Shown here piece after piece: positions 10,433 to 19,411 of a stretch of DNA of 64,000 bases. Made by a program: the position numbers and the translations under genes. Source of the stretch: Lentisphaeria bacterium UBA1732 (GTDB lineage Bacteria > Verrucomicrobiota > Lentisphaeria > Victivallales > UBA1829); the NCBI GenBank assembly GCA_002315855.1, contig DCIG01000045.1, positions 2,196 to 66,195 of the forward strand, read 5' to 3'. Position 1 is the first letter of the stretch. Each line of letters opens with the position of its first letter. Under the pieces are notes generated by a model. It did no database searches, was not told where the DNA came from, and was given only the letters and a program-made list of their open reading frames with translations.

Positions 10433-10473
10433 AAAAAAAACTGATTCTTCTTCCAGACCGAAAAAGAATCAGT
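10433..10473 (-). terminator. rho-independent terminator of the prepilin-like gene
   Basis: 10-bp stem (actgattctt / aagaatcagt). On the minus strand it is followed by T8, the complement of the A-run 10433-10440. It lies 38 nt past the stop. Confidence 0.7.
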
Positions 10474-10510
10474 ACATCATCTTTCAACAGAAAATGAAAG
10501 GGATTATGAA

Positions 10511-11386
10511 TCAATCATTTCCGCTTCCATCTTTTCTCCCGTTCCAAGTCCACATTTTATCACCATAACGGTCCGTGATTTTGCGGTAGGATACAGTATC
10601 CATCGGATGCAGACCGGCAGCATGACCATCGATGAATGAATAGTTCCATGTATCGCCAGTATGCCACGGGGGAAGCTGTTTGGAATCCGAGGTCGAGCCG
10701 CCCTGTGAATCCAGGAAGTAGATTGCCTGGTCGTATGGGTGGATTGTGAACTGAGAGTAGGACCCGTTGTTGTTATAGAACAGTTTGCCGTAACGAATCT
10801 TTGTGTCAATCGGCGAATTCATATATGTATCAGTCACATAAATCATGTAGGACGGACGCAGGAAATGCGTTACTTTCAACTGTTTGAGCGAACCGCTCTT
10901 AATGTCATTCGAGCTATGCCATTCGCCGTGTTTGACGCAGGCGAAACGATTGATGGCGTATGAGGTGTTCGGGAGATCGGATACGCCGGAATCATTGGCT
11001 TTTTTACTGCCTTCATCAGCGGGGCAAACGAAAAGTTTCTGTTTTTTGGCGACTTCTTTCCAGAGTGATTTACTGAAATTCGGGTCATTTTTTGTAATCG
11101 GCATAGTGGCAATTCCGTTCAGCTGATTCCAGAGGTGTCCCGACCAAACGCACATTTGGGAATCGTATTCCGACTTCGGAGTTACATACCCGTTGTAAGT
11201 TGTCGCGTATGACTGGTTCAGTACACCGATCTGCTTCAGATTTGCGATACACTGCACATTGGCTGCCGTTCTTTTCGCACTGTTCAAAGCAGGCAGCATC
11301 ATGGCTGCGAGAATTGCAATGATGGCGATTACGATCAGCAGTTCAATCAATGTGAAATGCCGGGTAATGTGACTGGTCGTTTTCAT
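10511..11386 (-). CDS. prepilin-type N-terminal cleavage/methylation domain protein (DUF1559 / H-X9-DG-like)
   Basis: The N-terminus 'FTLIELLIVIAIIAILAAMMLPAL' is the class III signal / methylation motif. The C-terminus 'WHTGDTWNYSFIDGHA' resembles the H-Xn-DG tail common in PVC-group paralog families. Confidence 0.8.
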   Translation of the reverse strand: MKTTSHITRHFTLIELLIVIAIIAILAAMMLPALNSAKRTAANVQCIANLKQIGVLNQSYATTYNGYVTPKSEYDSQMCVWSGHLWNQLNGIATMPITKNDPNFSKSLWKEVAKKQKLFVCPADEGSKKANDSGVSDLPNTSYAINRFACVKHGEWHSSNDIKSGSLKQLKVTHFLRPSYMIYVTDTYMNSPIDTKIRYGKLFYNNNGSYSQFTIHPYDQAIYFLDSQGGSTSDSKQLPPWHTGDTWNYSFIDGHAAGLHPMDTVSYRKITDRYGDKMWTWNGRKDGSGND

Positions 11387-11437
11387 AACTTTATGCTCCT
11401 TGTATAAATAAAGTTGCTGCTTTTGTTCGTAACGGTT

Positions 11438-12268
11438 TTATTTTTCTTCCATAGCCGGCATATTGGAAAACGGGTCATTCTCAATGATGGAGTAATAAGC
11501 TCCATAGAGACGACCGCCCATCATGGAAGCACCCATGGCATCGAAATGGATTTTGTCAGGTCCCACGAGCATTTCTCTGCACGAAGAATACTCCGCTTTT
11601 TCATCACTGTTTGCCACATCGCGGATACCTTTGTTGATGTCTTCCTGAACTTTTTTCATCGGGTCGACCAGGATTTCCGATACAACAAACGGGAGATTCG
11701 GAGCATTCAGCTCTTTGCGGAATGATTCCATAAGCCGCTGTAATTTTTCTCCATAACCGCTTCCCGAAGTTTCATTTTCGCCTTGAGCCCACACGATACA
11801 TTTGAGCGTTCCTTCCGCCTGAGCTTTTTTAGCCAGTTCGATGGCGTTGTCGAAAGGTTTAGTTCCGCTCTTTTTGCAGGTTGCGCCTTTGCTCCATTCC
11901 GAAATGAGCGAACCCGAACATGCGGCGGGAATAATTCCGATTTTGCATGTGGGGAAGTCATACACGGCATTCCGGCAGAATTCCAAGGCAGGTCCTTTTG
12001 CCGCCTCCGGCGAATCATACTGAACCGGTTCGACAGCGGGAACCCATTGTCCGTTTTTATCCAGCATCACGATATGGGCATCTTCCGGCTCTTTATCGTC
12101 GGGGGCGATTATCCCGCGTCCTGACATATTATCACCGCCGACAAAAAGATAAACATGGAAGTCTTCTTTTTTGTCAGACATTTTGGGGAAACCTTTCGAA
12201 TCGCAGGAGGCCATAATCAATGCCGCCGCCGATACGAACAGAACGGGCAGAAATTTTCGGAATTTCAT
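11438..12268 (-). CDS. SASA/CE6-like carbohydrate O-acetylesterase lipoprotein
   Basis: Lipobox 'IMASC'. 'LFVGGDNMSGRG' and 'IVWAQGENE' correspond to the GQSNMxG and WhQGE blocks of sialate O-acetylesterase (SGNH-like) domains. Confidence 0.65.
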   Translation of the reverse strand: MKFRKFLPVLFVSAAALIMASCDSKGFPKMSDKKEDFHVYLFVGGDNMSGRGIIAPDDKEPEDAHIVMLDKNGQWVPAVEPVQYDSPEAAKGPALEFCRNAVYDFPTCKIGIIPAACSGSLISEWSKGATCKKSGTKPFDNAIELAKKAQAEGTLKCIVWAQGENETSGSGYGEKLQRLMESFRKELNAPNLPFVVSEILVDPMKKVQEDINKGIRDVANSDEKAEYSSCREMLVGPDKIHFDAMGASMMGGRLYGAYYSIIENDPFSNMPAMEEK

Positions 12269-12910
12269 ATCATAAATCCTGTTTTCAGTTGAATTGTTAT
12301 CAGTTTCCTTGAGAAATGACGCGTCTGCACGGTTATTTCACAAAGCACTTCAAAAAATTCATCTGTTTTATCCTTTGAGCTGATTTCAAAAGCGGACTTC
12401 TGGAATCAACACCTTCACGAAAATGAAACCTGTGAAGCCAATCCGTTTCATCGACCGGAAACCCTGAATTACGTTTCTATCTTCCGAATCCATTGCATTC
12501 TGCACCCAAAAGGGCGACCTGCAATCCGGCATTGGTCTCCATGCAGTTTCATTCCACAAAGAATGGTTGTTTTTATTTTCTTCTCTCATAATATAATTGA
12601 AAGCGAATGACATTTCAAGTGTTTTTCTTCACGAAAATCAAAAAACTTTGAGTTAATTTCTTTAAATTGTGCAGGTTCGGTATTATTTTACGGAATGTTC
12701 TCTATTATTTGTCCGCTGATTTCAGGAAAAAGAAAAATATTCCTCATTTTTTTTGGAAGAATACCTTGCTGATTTGATTTGACTTTTCTGAAATTCTGTA
12801 GTATTGTTTAAGGGTGATTCCATGAAAATCCGGCAATCTGCAATCGGGCGAATATGACAGAAGTCCCATTTGTTTGATTCCGTTCAAGCTCATATCTTCC
12901 TCAATTGGCT

Positions 12911-14230
12911 ATGACAAAAAAAATTCCACACGAACCCGAAAGCATTTTGCAGAAGCAGTGGGGCAAAACGGCACCCGGAGCGGTATTTTCCCTCATGGAC
13001 GGGACCGTCGTGCGCGTGCTTTCTCCCGGTGTCCTGAACAAGCAAGCCGGTCCCGACTTTCTGAATGCGTGTTTGGAATTCAACGGCACGCTCAAACGAG
13101 GCTCCATTGAGATTCACCGGAAAACCAGCGACTGGATTTCTCACGGACACAGCGGCAACCCCGATTATGATAATGTCATACTGCATGTGGTGCGCCTGAA
13201 TGATTCTGCACCGTCGAATGTGCCGTTTCTGCCTGAAGTCCCTGTACTCTGTCTGCCTGAAAGCACCCCCGAAAATCCGCAACGTACCCTGCCGCATACG
13301 CTTTGCACATCTTTTTTCTCCGCAATGAGTTTGTCCGAAGCCGGGAATTTTCTTGAAGCAGCAGGGCTTGACCGACTGAAAATGCGTGCGTCTTTACGTC
13401 TTCCCGATATTATCACCCATGGTGCTGGCAAAGCATTTCTCTCCGCTCTTGCCGAACAGCTGGGTGTTCCCGACAACCGCGATCCTTTCCGCAAACTCGG
13501 TGAACGTCTTTTCGCATATCCCGATTCTATTCTGGAAGCGCATTGTGAGGCGATTGCCTGGGGGGAGTCAGGACTTCTCCCCGACCCCGCCGCCGAAAAA
13601 CGTCTCAATCCTGCGGGGCGAGTGCTTGTGGAACGTCTTTGGAATGAATGGTGGACACTTCGCCGCGAAGCCGGAGAAAAACTTGTGTTTTCCCGTCTTT
13701 GCCGACCGCTGAACAGTCCCGAACGCCGCCTCGCCATGTTTTCGGCCTGGGCGACCTCGTTTTTCAACAATATTCAGGTCAAACTGACGTCTCTCATTCT
13801 TGCTCACGACAAGCCGGAAGAGCTTCTCAAAGCCCTTGCCGAACAACTTGACGTCGACCCGTACTGGACGAATCATACCTCATTCCGTTCCTGCGAACTC
13901 AAACGCGGCGCCGGACTTTTCTCCTCCGCCCGCCTCGCGGAACTTCTTGTAGATGTGATACTCCCCTTTGTCTGTGCGCTTGCGAAAATCAACCGGGATG
14001 ATGCGCTGGAGGAGCGAACAGTCAGGCTTTTTCTGCAAATTCCACCGCTTCAGGCGAACACCACGACCAAACTGATGAGTTCCACATGTTTTGGCGGGCG
14101 TGCCGGACTTGTGAAAAACGCCGCTGTTCAGCAGGGCTTGATTCATCTTTACAAAGCCCATTGTGAACCCAATAGTTTTTACTGCCGTGTCTGTGCGGTT
14201 TACCGTTCTTTTCATACTCAGGATAATTGA
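12911..14230 (+). CDS. DUF2851 family protein
   Basis: 'EIHRKTSDWISHGHSGNPDYDNVILHVV' matches the conserved DUF2851 N-terminal block. I prefer the ATG at 12911 over the TTG at 12905. Confidence 0.65.
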   Translation: MTKKIPHEPESILQKQWGKTAPGAVFSLMDGTVVRVLSPGVLNKQAGPDFLNACLEFNGTLKRGSIEIHRKTSDWISHGHSGNPDYDNVILHVVRLNDSAPSNVPFLPEVPVLCLPESTPENPQRTLPHTLCTSFFSAMSLSEAGNFLEAAGLDRLKMRASLRLPDIITHGAGKAFLSALAEQLGVPDNRDPFRKLGERLFAYPDSILEAHCEAIAWGESGLLPDPAAEKRLNPAGRVLVERLWNEWWTLRREAGEKLVFSRLCRPLNSPERRLAMFSAWATSFFNNIQVKLTSLILAHDKPEELLKALAEQLDVDPYWTNHTSFRSCELKRGAGLFSSARLAELLVDVILPFVCALAKINRDDALEERTVRLFLQIPPLQANTTTKLMSSTCFGGRAGLVKNAAVQQGLIHLYKAHCEPNSFYCRVCAVYRSFHTQDN

Positions 14231-14233
14231 ATC

Positions 14234-14746
14234 ATGCCCTTGAAAAAATTGAAAATCGGCGTCAGTGCCTGCCTTTTGGGGATGCGTTTCCGTTATGACG
14301 GCAAATGCAAACTTGATCAGCGAGTCGTCGATATGCTTCTTGATAAAGTCGATTTCATTCCCGTCTGCCCCGAAGTCGAGTGCGGACTGCCCATTCCCCG
14401 TCCGAAAATGCACTTGGAGCATTCATCCGGGGGAACGCGTCTGAAAGTTACGGAGGACGGACGCGACCTTACGCTCACCATGGAGCAGTGGGCAGAAGGC
14501 AAGCTCGACCAGATTGAACGCCGTGATTTTGCGGCATTTCTCTGCAAATCAAAATCCCCCAGCTGTGCCCTGAAAAGTGCCGCGCTTCTGGATTCCCGCG
14601 GTCAGCTTATTCGACATGATGCCGCCGGGATTTTCGTCAAGCTGCTGAAACGCCGTTTCCCGAAGATGCTGATAGCGGAAGAAACCGAACTGGAAGATTT
14701 TGTCAAACACCTGAATCTCGACATTTTTACAGGTGAAAAACAATAG
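14234..14746 (+). CDS. DUF523 domain protein (YbbK-like)
   Basis: 'IGVSACLLG...RYDG......IPVCPEVECGLPIPR' is the DUF523 signature. It starts 3 nt after the DUF2851 stop. Confidence 0.75.
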   Translation: MPLKKLKIGVSACLLGMRFRYDGKCKLDQRVVDMLLDKVDFIPVCPEVECGLPIPRPKMHLEHSSGGTRLKVTEDGRDLTLTMEQWAEGKLDQIERRDFAAFLCKSKSPSCALKSAALLDSRGQLIRHDAAGIFVKLLKRRFPKMLIAEETELEDFVKHLNLDIFTGEKQ

Positions 14747-14919
14747 ACCTGCCTGCGATGACTGCGTATCAAGCGGGCGGAACCTGCAAAAAACTCTTCT
14801 TTTGAGCAATGGATTCCTTTTTGCCGCTTGCTTTTTCGGCAACATGATGTTACATTAAATAATCACCCTGAAATCACCCTGTATCCATCATCCTGTTTAC
14901 CGTTTCACGGAGCGACTGA

Positions 14920-15459
14920 ATGAAACAACTTTTTTCTCACATCCGCTTTTTCTTTCCCGCTTTGATCGGGGGATTGGTTTTATGCCTTGCGACCTCCTGC
15001 AAATCTGTTCAATACGAGGGGGAAGTACTTGCGCCTTTGCCTGCAAATGCAGAAATCACATTCATCTCAGACCCGAAAGAAGTCCCGGTCGGTGCGAAAG
15101 TCCTCGGCACAGCTGAATGCACCACACGTTTTTCCGAAAGCTCGGAAGAAGTACGCGAACTTTTCCGTTCAAAGGCCCGTGAAGTCGGAGCCAACGGGAT
15201 TCATCTGCTCAAGGTCAAAAAAGTTGCGGATGGTTCAGCCCGCACCGACCAGCTCCGCAATTCGAGTTCTCCCGGCTGGAATACCAAAGACACCAGCGAC
15301 GGCGCGTTTCTCAGTGCCAAATGGATGACCGGATATTTCCCCGATTCCGCCATTACGAAATCAGTTTACAAAACCCATATTCAGGCTGAATTTCTTTCAT
15401 TCCCCGATTCCACGAACAGCCGGACAGTGACGCCTGACCGCTCGCTTCCTTCCGAATAA
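14920..15459 (+). CDS. lipoprotein, unknown function
   Basis: Signal peptide plus lipobox 'LATSC'. 179 aa. No family recognised. Confidence 0.55.
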   Translation: MKQLFSHIRFFFPALIGGLVLCLATSCKSVQYEGEVLAPLPANAEITFISDPKEVPVGAKVLGTAECTTRFSESSEEVRELFRSKAREVGANGIHLLKVKKVADGSARTDQLRNSSSPGWNTKDTSDGAFLSAKWMTGYFPDSAITKSVYKTHIQAEFLSFPDSTNSRTVTPDRSLPSE

Positions 15460-15487
15460 GCTCAATTCCGTTTATTTTGTTTTAACT

Positions 15488-15529
15488 CCATCGTCTGCAA
15501 TTCATCATCTGCAAACGATGGATTTTTTT
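15488..15529 (+). terminator. candidate intrinsic terminator
   Basis: Stem ccatcgt (15488-15494) / acgatgg (15515-15521), followed by attttttt. The loop is large (20 nt). Confidence 0.45.
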
Positions 15530-15632
15530 ACATTTTGAAGTCAAATTCTGTCTTCAAAATCATTCCATATCCGGCTTTTTTGTTCCCGGATTATTTACGA
15601 ACGATTATTTCATCGATTTTTGCGATTTTGGT

Positions 15633-15660
15633 TTGAAAAAAAAATTTTTACACTTATATT
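15633..15660 (+). promoter_or_regulatory. sigma70-like promoter candidate for the ABC operon
   Basis: TTGAAA (15633-15638), 16-nt spacer, TATATT (15655-15660). About 40 nt upstream of the ATG at 15703. Confidence 0.35.
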
Positions 15661-15702
15661 TACAGAAAAACAAAAATCAATGTGCATAAGGAATCAAACA
15701 GC

Positions 15703-16452
15703 ATGAATCCGCTTTCGATTACAGGTCTTTTCAAAAGTTTTGAGCATGGACAAACTAAAAATGTTGTTCTTCGCGAAGTTTCTCTCACCGCGAAAAATGG
15801 AGAATTCATTGCGGTTATGGGGCCAAGCGGCTCCGGGAAAAGTACACTGCTTCACCTCATTGCAGGCTTGATTGCTCCTGATTCCGGTCAGATTCTTGTG
15901 AATGGCCTGGATATTTCCAAAATGAATGACAGGGAGCTTACCGAAATGCGCAGGACGCAGGTCGGAGTGGTTTTCCAGTCGTTCAATCTGATTCCTTCCC
16001 TGAATGTTCACGACAATATCGTTCTGCCCATTCTTGCCGGACATCGGAAAGTCGATGAAGCCCGTTTGTCCGACCTCGTGAAACGACTTGATATTGCCGA
16101 TAAACTGACCCGTTTCCCCGGCAATCTTTCCGGCGGGGAACAGCAGCGTGCTGCCATCGCCCGCGCACTTCTTCCTGAACCTGCGATTATCCTTGCGGAT
16201 GAACCGACGGGGAGCCTTGATACGACAGCAGGACAGCACCTTTGCCGTTCTCTCCGTTCGGTCTGCGACGATTACGGACGCACGATTCTGATGGTAACTC
16301 ACGAACCCGGAGTCGCGGCATGGGCCGATCGCACCCTTGTGCTTACGGACGGTCAGATTGCCGCGGAACTGCCGGGCAGCGGACACGAAAACGCACCGAA
16401 ACTTGCCGCCTCATATCAGCAGATTCTGGAATCCCGCCTGAAAGGTCTCTGA
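15703..16452 (+). CDS. ABC transporter ATP-binding protein (LolD/MacB-type)
   Basis: Walker A 'GPSGSGKST', signature 'LSGGEQQR' and Walker B '[11 protein letters not shown]' are present. I prefer the ATG at 15703; an in-frame GTG lies at 15682. Confidence 0.9.
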   Translation: MNPLSITGLFKSFEHGQTKNVVLREVSLTAKNGEFIAVMGPSGSGKSTLLHLIAGLIAPDSGQILVNGLDISKMNDRELTEMRRTQVGVVFQSFNLIPSLNVHDNIVLPILAGHRKVDEARLSDLVKRLDIADKLTRFPGNLSGGEQQRAAIARALLPEPAIILADEPTGSLDTTAGQHLCRSLRSVCDDYGRTILMVTHEPGVAAWADRTLVLTDGQIAAELPGSGHENAPKLAASYQQILESRLKGL

Positions 16453-16454
16453 TT

Positions 16455-19382
16455 ATGCCTGTTTCTCTGAAATTGATGCTGGCTTTTGTGCGGAAAAGTC
16501 CCGTCCGCACCATTCTTGCCGCCCTCGCGATGATAGTCGCCTCCAGTATCGTGTCATGGATTGTCGCCGGATATGATGATATGTTTGCCGAGTTTGCCCG
16601 CAAGCAGACGTTTCTTTCCGGCACATTGGATGCCGTCCTCACGATTACAGCGGATTCTCCTGAAATCGACCCCGTAACGGTTACGAAAATCATCGCCGAC
16701 CCTGCAGTGAAAATCAGCAGAATCTATACCCCCGTTACCCGTGTCAACAGTGTCGTAAACCGCGCCAAAACGGAAAAAGCCGCAGCCAATATGGCGGAAC
16801 AGGCTTCCCGTCCTCGCGGCGGAGGCGGACGCGGAGGCATGGGCGGCGGATCTCGCGGAGGAGGCGGCGGACGCGGCGGCATGGGCGGCGGACAATTAGC
16901 CCCTGTCGTGTATGGCTTGCCCACGGGCGGCGGGATACCGCTTCAGGGAACTGATGCCGAACTTCCGCCTTTCCAGCTTGACAGCGGACGCTGGCTGACG
17001 GCGACCGCTCCCGGCGAAGGCATGACCGATATTCTGCCCGAAGCCGTCCTGACGGAAGCCGCGGCGGAACAGTCCCGCGCCGAACTCGGCGACACGCTGA
17101 CCGTTGTTTCCAATGCCGGATATTTCCAGCTTCAAGTCATCGGCATCATGAAAAATGGTCCCAGTTTCCGCAGTCTTGCAAAACTCTCCTCCACTCATCC
17201 CAATGCCACAATGAGCGGTTCCAGCGGTATTTTCACCACATGGGAAACCGCCGATCGTATTTCGGGAGGACGACAGAATGCAGTTACGATTCAATTCAAC
17301 TTCATTTCAGCGGACGCACAGAAAGAGTTTTTCTCGCGGTGGAGCGAGCAAGTCGACCGCGAAGGTCTTGTGCTGGCTGATTCCGCGCAGATTGATGCCG
17401 TGCTTCAGGAGCCTGATTCGGGGAGAAGCCGCAGTATGATGGAGGCATATTCTGCCACCGGACTTTCCATTCTTGCATCCTTTTTCATCATTTTCACCAC
17501 ACTGAGTATGGGGATTGATGAGCGTCTCCGTCAGTTCGCCATGCTTCGTATAGTGGCGTTGACGCGCCGTCAAACCGTTCTTTTGATTTTCTTTGAAAGC
17601 CTCATGCTCGGTCTGATCGGCTGGTGCGGCGGACTTGCTTCCGGCCTGCTTCTGCAGCATTTCGTCAATGCTGCGGAAGACATCAATCTTCCGCTTCACA
17701 TCGGGAAATGGACGATTCTTTTGACGGGGGTCTGCAGTATGCTCGGTTCTGCGGCGGCCGCCGTGTGGCCTATGATTCGAGTTTCGCGGATTCGTCCTGT
17801 TTCCGGGCTTGCTCCGGCTGTTCAGAGTGTTTCTCCGGCACTTCCCGCACGGGCCTCGCTGATTGGCGCGCTCTGTCTCCTCGCGGACCCTCTGATTTCC
17901 ATTGTGCCGGGGCTTGGCGATATGCCCAGAGTCCTTTTGTACAGTCTGCTTGGGGTGCCTCTGCTGGCAATCGGCTTTATCTGCCTTGCTCCCTTGTTCG
18001 TGAAAGTGTGCGGCATGATTCTCGTGAAACCCGTTTCCTGCCTGTTCGGTCTCGAACCTCTCTTCGCCGCATCACAGTTCCGCTCGAATTTCTGGCGCAT
18101 TACGGGGACAGTGGTGTCCCTGTCGGTCGGACTTGGATTTTACATGATGGTCCTGATTTGGAGTTCCTCCATGCTGATTCCCTACATTCCCGGAAAATGG
18201 ATGCCCGAACTTTTCCTTTCCGTGACTCCGGGCGGCATCAATGAAGAAACTGCACAGCTCGTTTCCGATTTGCCCGGAGTGAATCCGAAACAGTGCATGG
18301 CGGTCGCCGTGGAACAGGTCCTGCTTGGTTCTGATGTTACCGGTTCGGGGGAACGAGAAAGCGTAGTCCGGCAGAACAATATCGTGATGATCGGTGTGGA
18401 TGCTGTTCCTGCTTATACTGGCAAAGATGCTTTGTTCCCGTTCCGTTTTCTCACGGACAAGGATGCTGCGCTTGAGACGCTGAAAACGACTCCATACAGC
18501 TGTCTTCTGCCTCATTACTTCGTCAATGTCGCCACTAATCCCGCCACAGGCAAACGCTATGCCGTCGGTGATATGCTGGATGTGATTGCGCCCGGCGTAC
18601 ACGGCGAACATGTTCAATTCAAGGTCGCCGGCATCATCGAACAGAACGGCTGGCACTGGTTCTCCAAAATGTCCGGTACGCGCCGCAATCGCGGACGCAC
18701 TGCCGCCATGGTTTTCGCCAATCGCGCTGCGATGCAGGAGGCATTCCGTTTGGACCGATGCGAATATTTCTGGATGAATCTTCTGCCGGGTGCTGATGTG
18801 CAGTCAGTGGCGGACGGATTGTCCAATCTTGCCGTAACCAATATCGGGCAAACGTTCCATGTCGCGGGCATGAACGGAGCGTCCGCGGTTGGGCGACAGG
18901 TGGTCCGATCGACTACACGCGACGGCTTGACCGAGTCTCTTTTCAACCGCGCGAAAGGCATGATTGAGGGAATGCTGCAAATGCCTCTGCTGATTCTGCT
19001 TGTCGTCTCGATTTCGGTTGCGAATACAGCTTTGGCGTCCATCCGGGCCCGCCGTGTGGAAATCGGCATGATGCGTTCCATTGCTCTCAGTGCTTCCGGA
19101 CTTTTCCGGCTCGTTTTGACCGAAGCGATGATGATAGCCATCACATCCACGGTCATCAGTCTGCTGTTCGGCATCATTGCGGGGCTTTGCAGTGCCCAGA
19201 TGACGGCTCATTCCGATTTCTTCGGCGGGATGGGCTGGAGTTTCGATGTGCCTTGGCTCCGCGTCCTGTTCGGATTCGGTGCAACGACCGGTCTCTGCAT
19301 TCTTGCGTCTTTGATTCCCGCATGGATTTCCGGTCGCGCCAACCCGCTGAAACTGATTCGCGACGGTTCTTCCGGACTTTGA
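16455..19382 (+). CDS. FtsX/MacB-type ABC permease with two permease modules (about 975 aa)
   Basis: The ATG is 2 nt after the ATPase stop. The longer ORF from 16242 overlaps the ATPase gene and I treat it as an artefactual N-terminal extension. There is an N-terminal TM, a large extracytoplasmic domain, and two blocks of FtsX-like TM helices (about residues 390-520 and 850-975). Confidence 0.8.
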   Translation: MPVSLKLMLAFVRKSPVRTILAALAMIVASSIVSWIVAGYDDMFAEFARKQTFLSGTLDAVLTITADSPEIDPVTVTKIIADPAVKISRIYTPVTRVNSVVNRAKTEKAAANMAEQASRPRGGGGRGGMGGGSRGGGGGRGGMGGGQLAPVVYGLPTGGGIPLQGTDAELPPFQLDSGRWLTATAPGEGMTDILPEAVLTEAAAEQSRAELGDTLTVVSNAGYFQLQVIGIMKNGPSFRSLAKLSSTHPNATMSGSSGIFTTWETADRISGGRQNAVTIQFNFISADAQKEFFSRWSEQVDREGLVLADSAQIDAVLQEPDSGRSRSMMEAYSATGLSILASFFIIFTTLSMGIDERLRQFAMLRIVALTRRQTVLLIFFESLMLGLIGWCGGLASGLLLQHFVNAAEDINLPLHIGKWTILLTGVCSMLGSAAAAVWPMIRVSRIRPVSGLAPAVQSVSPALPARASLIGALCLLADPLISIVPGLGDMPRVLLYSLLGVPLLAIGFICLAPLFVKVCGMILVKPVSCLFGLEPLFAASQFRSNFWRITGTVVSLSVGLGFYMMVLIWSSSMLIPYIPGKWMPELFLSVTPGGINEETAQLVSDLPGVNPKQCMAVAVEQVLLGSDVTGSGERESVVRQNNIVMIGVDAVPAYTGKDALFPFRFLTDKDAALETLKTTPYSCLLPHYFVNVATNPATGKRYAVGDMLDVIAPGVHGEHVQFKVAGIIEQNGWHWFSKMSGTRRNRGRTAAMVFANRAAMQEAFRLDRCEYFWMNLLPGADVQSVADGLSNLAVTNIGQTFHVAGMNGASAVGRQVVRSTTRDGLTESLFNRAKGMIEGMLQMPLLILLVVSISVANTALASIRARRVEIGMMRSIALSASGLFRLVLTEAMMIAITSTVISLLFGIIAGLCSAQMTAHSDFFGGMGWSFDVPWLRVLFGFGATTGLCILASLIPAWISGRANPLKLIRDGSSGL
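16815..16895 (+). repeat. tandem 39/42-nt repeat encoding an RGG/Gly-rich insert (RGGGGRGGMGGGS / RGGGGGRGGMGGGQ)
   Basis: The two adjacent units cgc-(ggn)4-5-cgc-ggn-ggc-atg-ggc-ggc-gga were read directly from the sequence. They lie inside the first extracytoplasmic domain of the permease. Confidence 0.8.
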
Positions 19383-19411
19383 AATTTTCCCCGTTTACAT
19401 GAGGTTGTTTT

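Noticed and set aside
12386-12613. 75-aa ORF (minus strand) in the large intergenic gap
   Set aside because: It has no RBS-like sequence, no recognisable motif and an odd composition, and its 3' end is formed by the repeat motif. It is more likely non-coding.
16242-16454. N-terminal extensions of track ORFs: the permease from 16242, GH115 to 23430, cbiO to 24629, ydbH to 31892, ddc to 36019, dat to 37409, murI to 44315, recN to 57669, nth from 57858.
   Set aside because: The extensions overlap the upstream gene or encode Arg/Ser-rich junk. Internal starts give canonical N-termini, signal peptides or classic 4-nt stop/start overlaps.
16724-16924. Pro-rich 66-aa ORF (PPPMPPRPPPPP...)
   Set aside because: It is the antisense reading of the GGC/GGA-rich RGG repeat in the permease gene.
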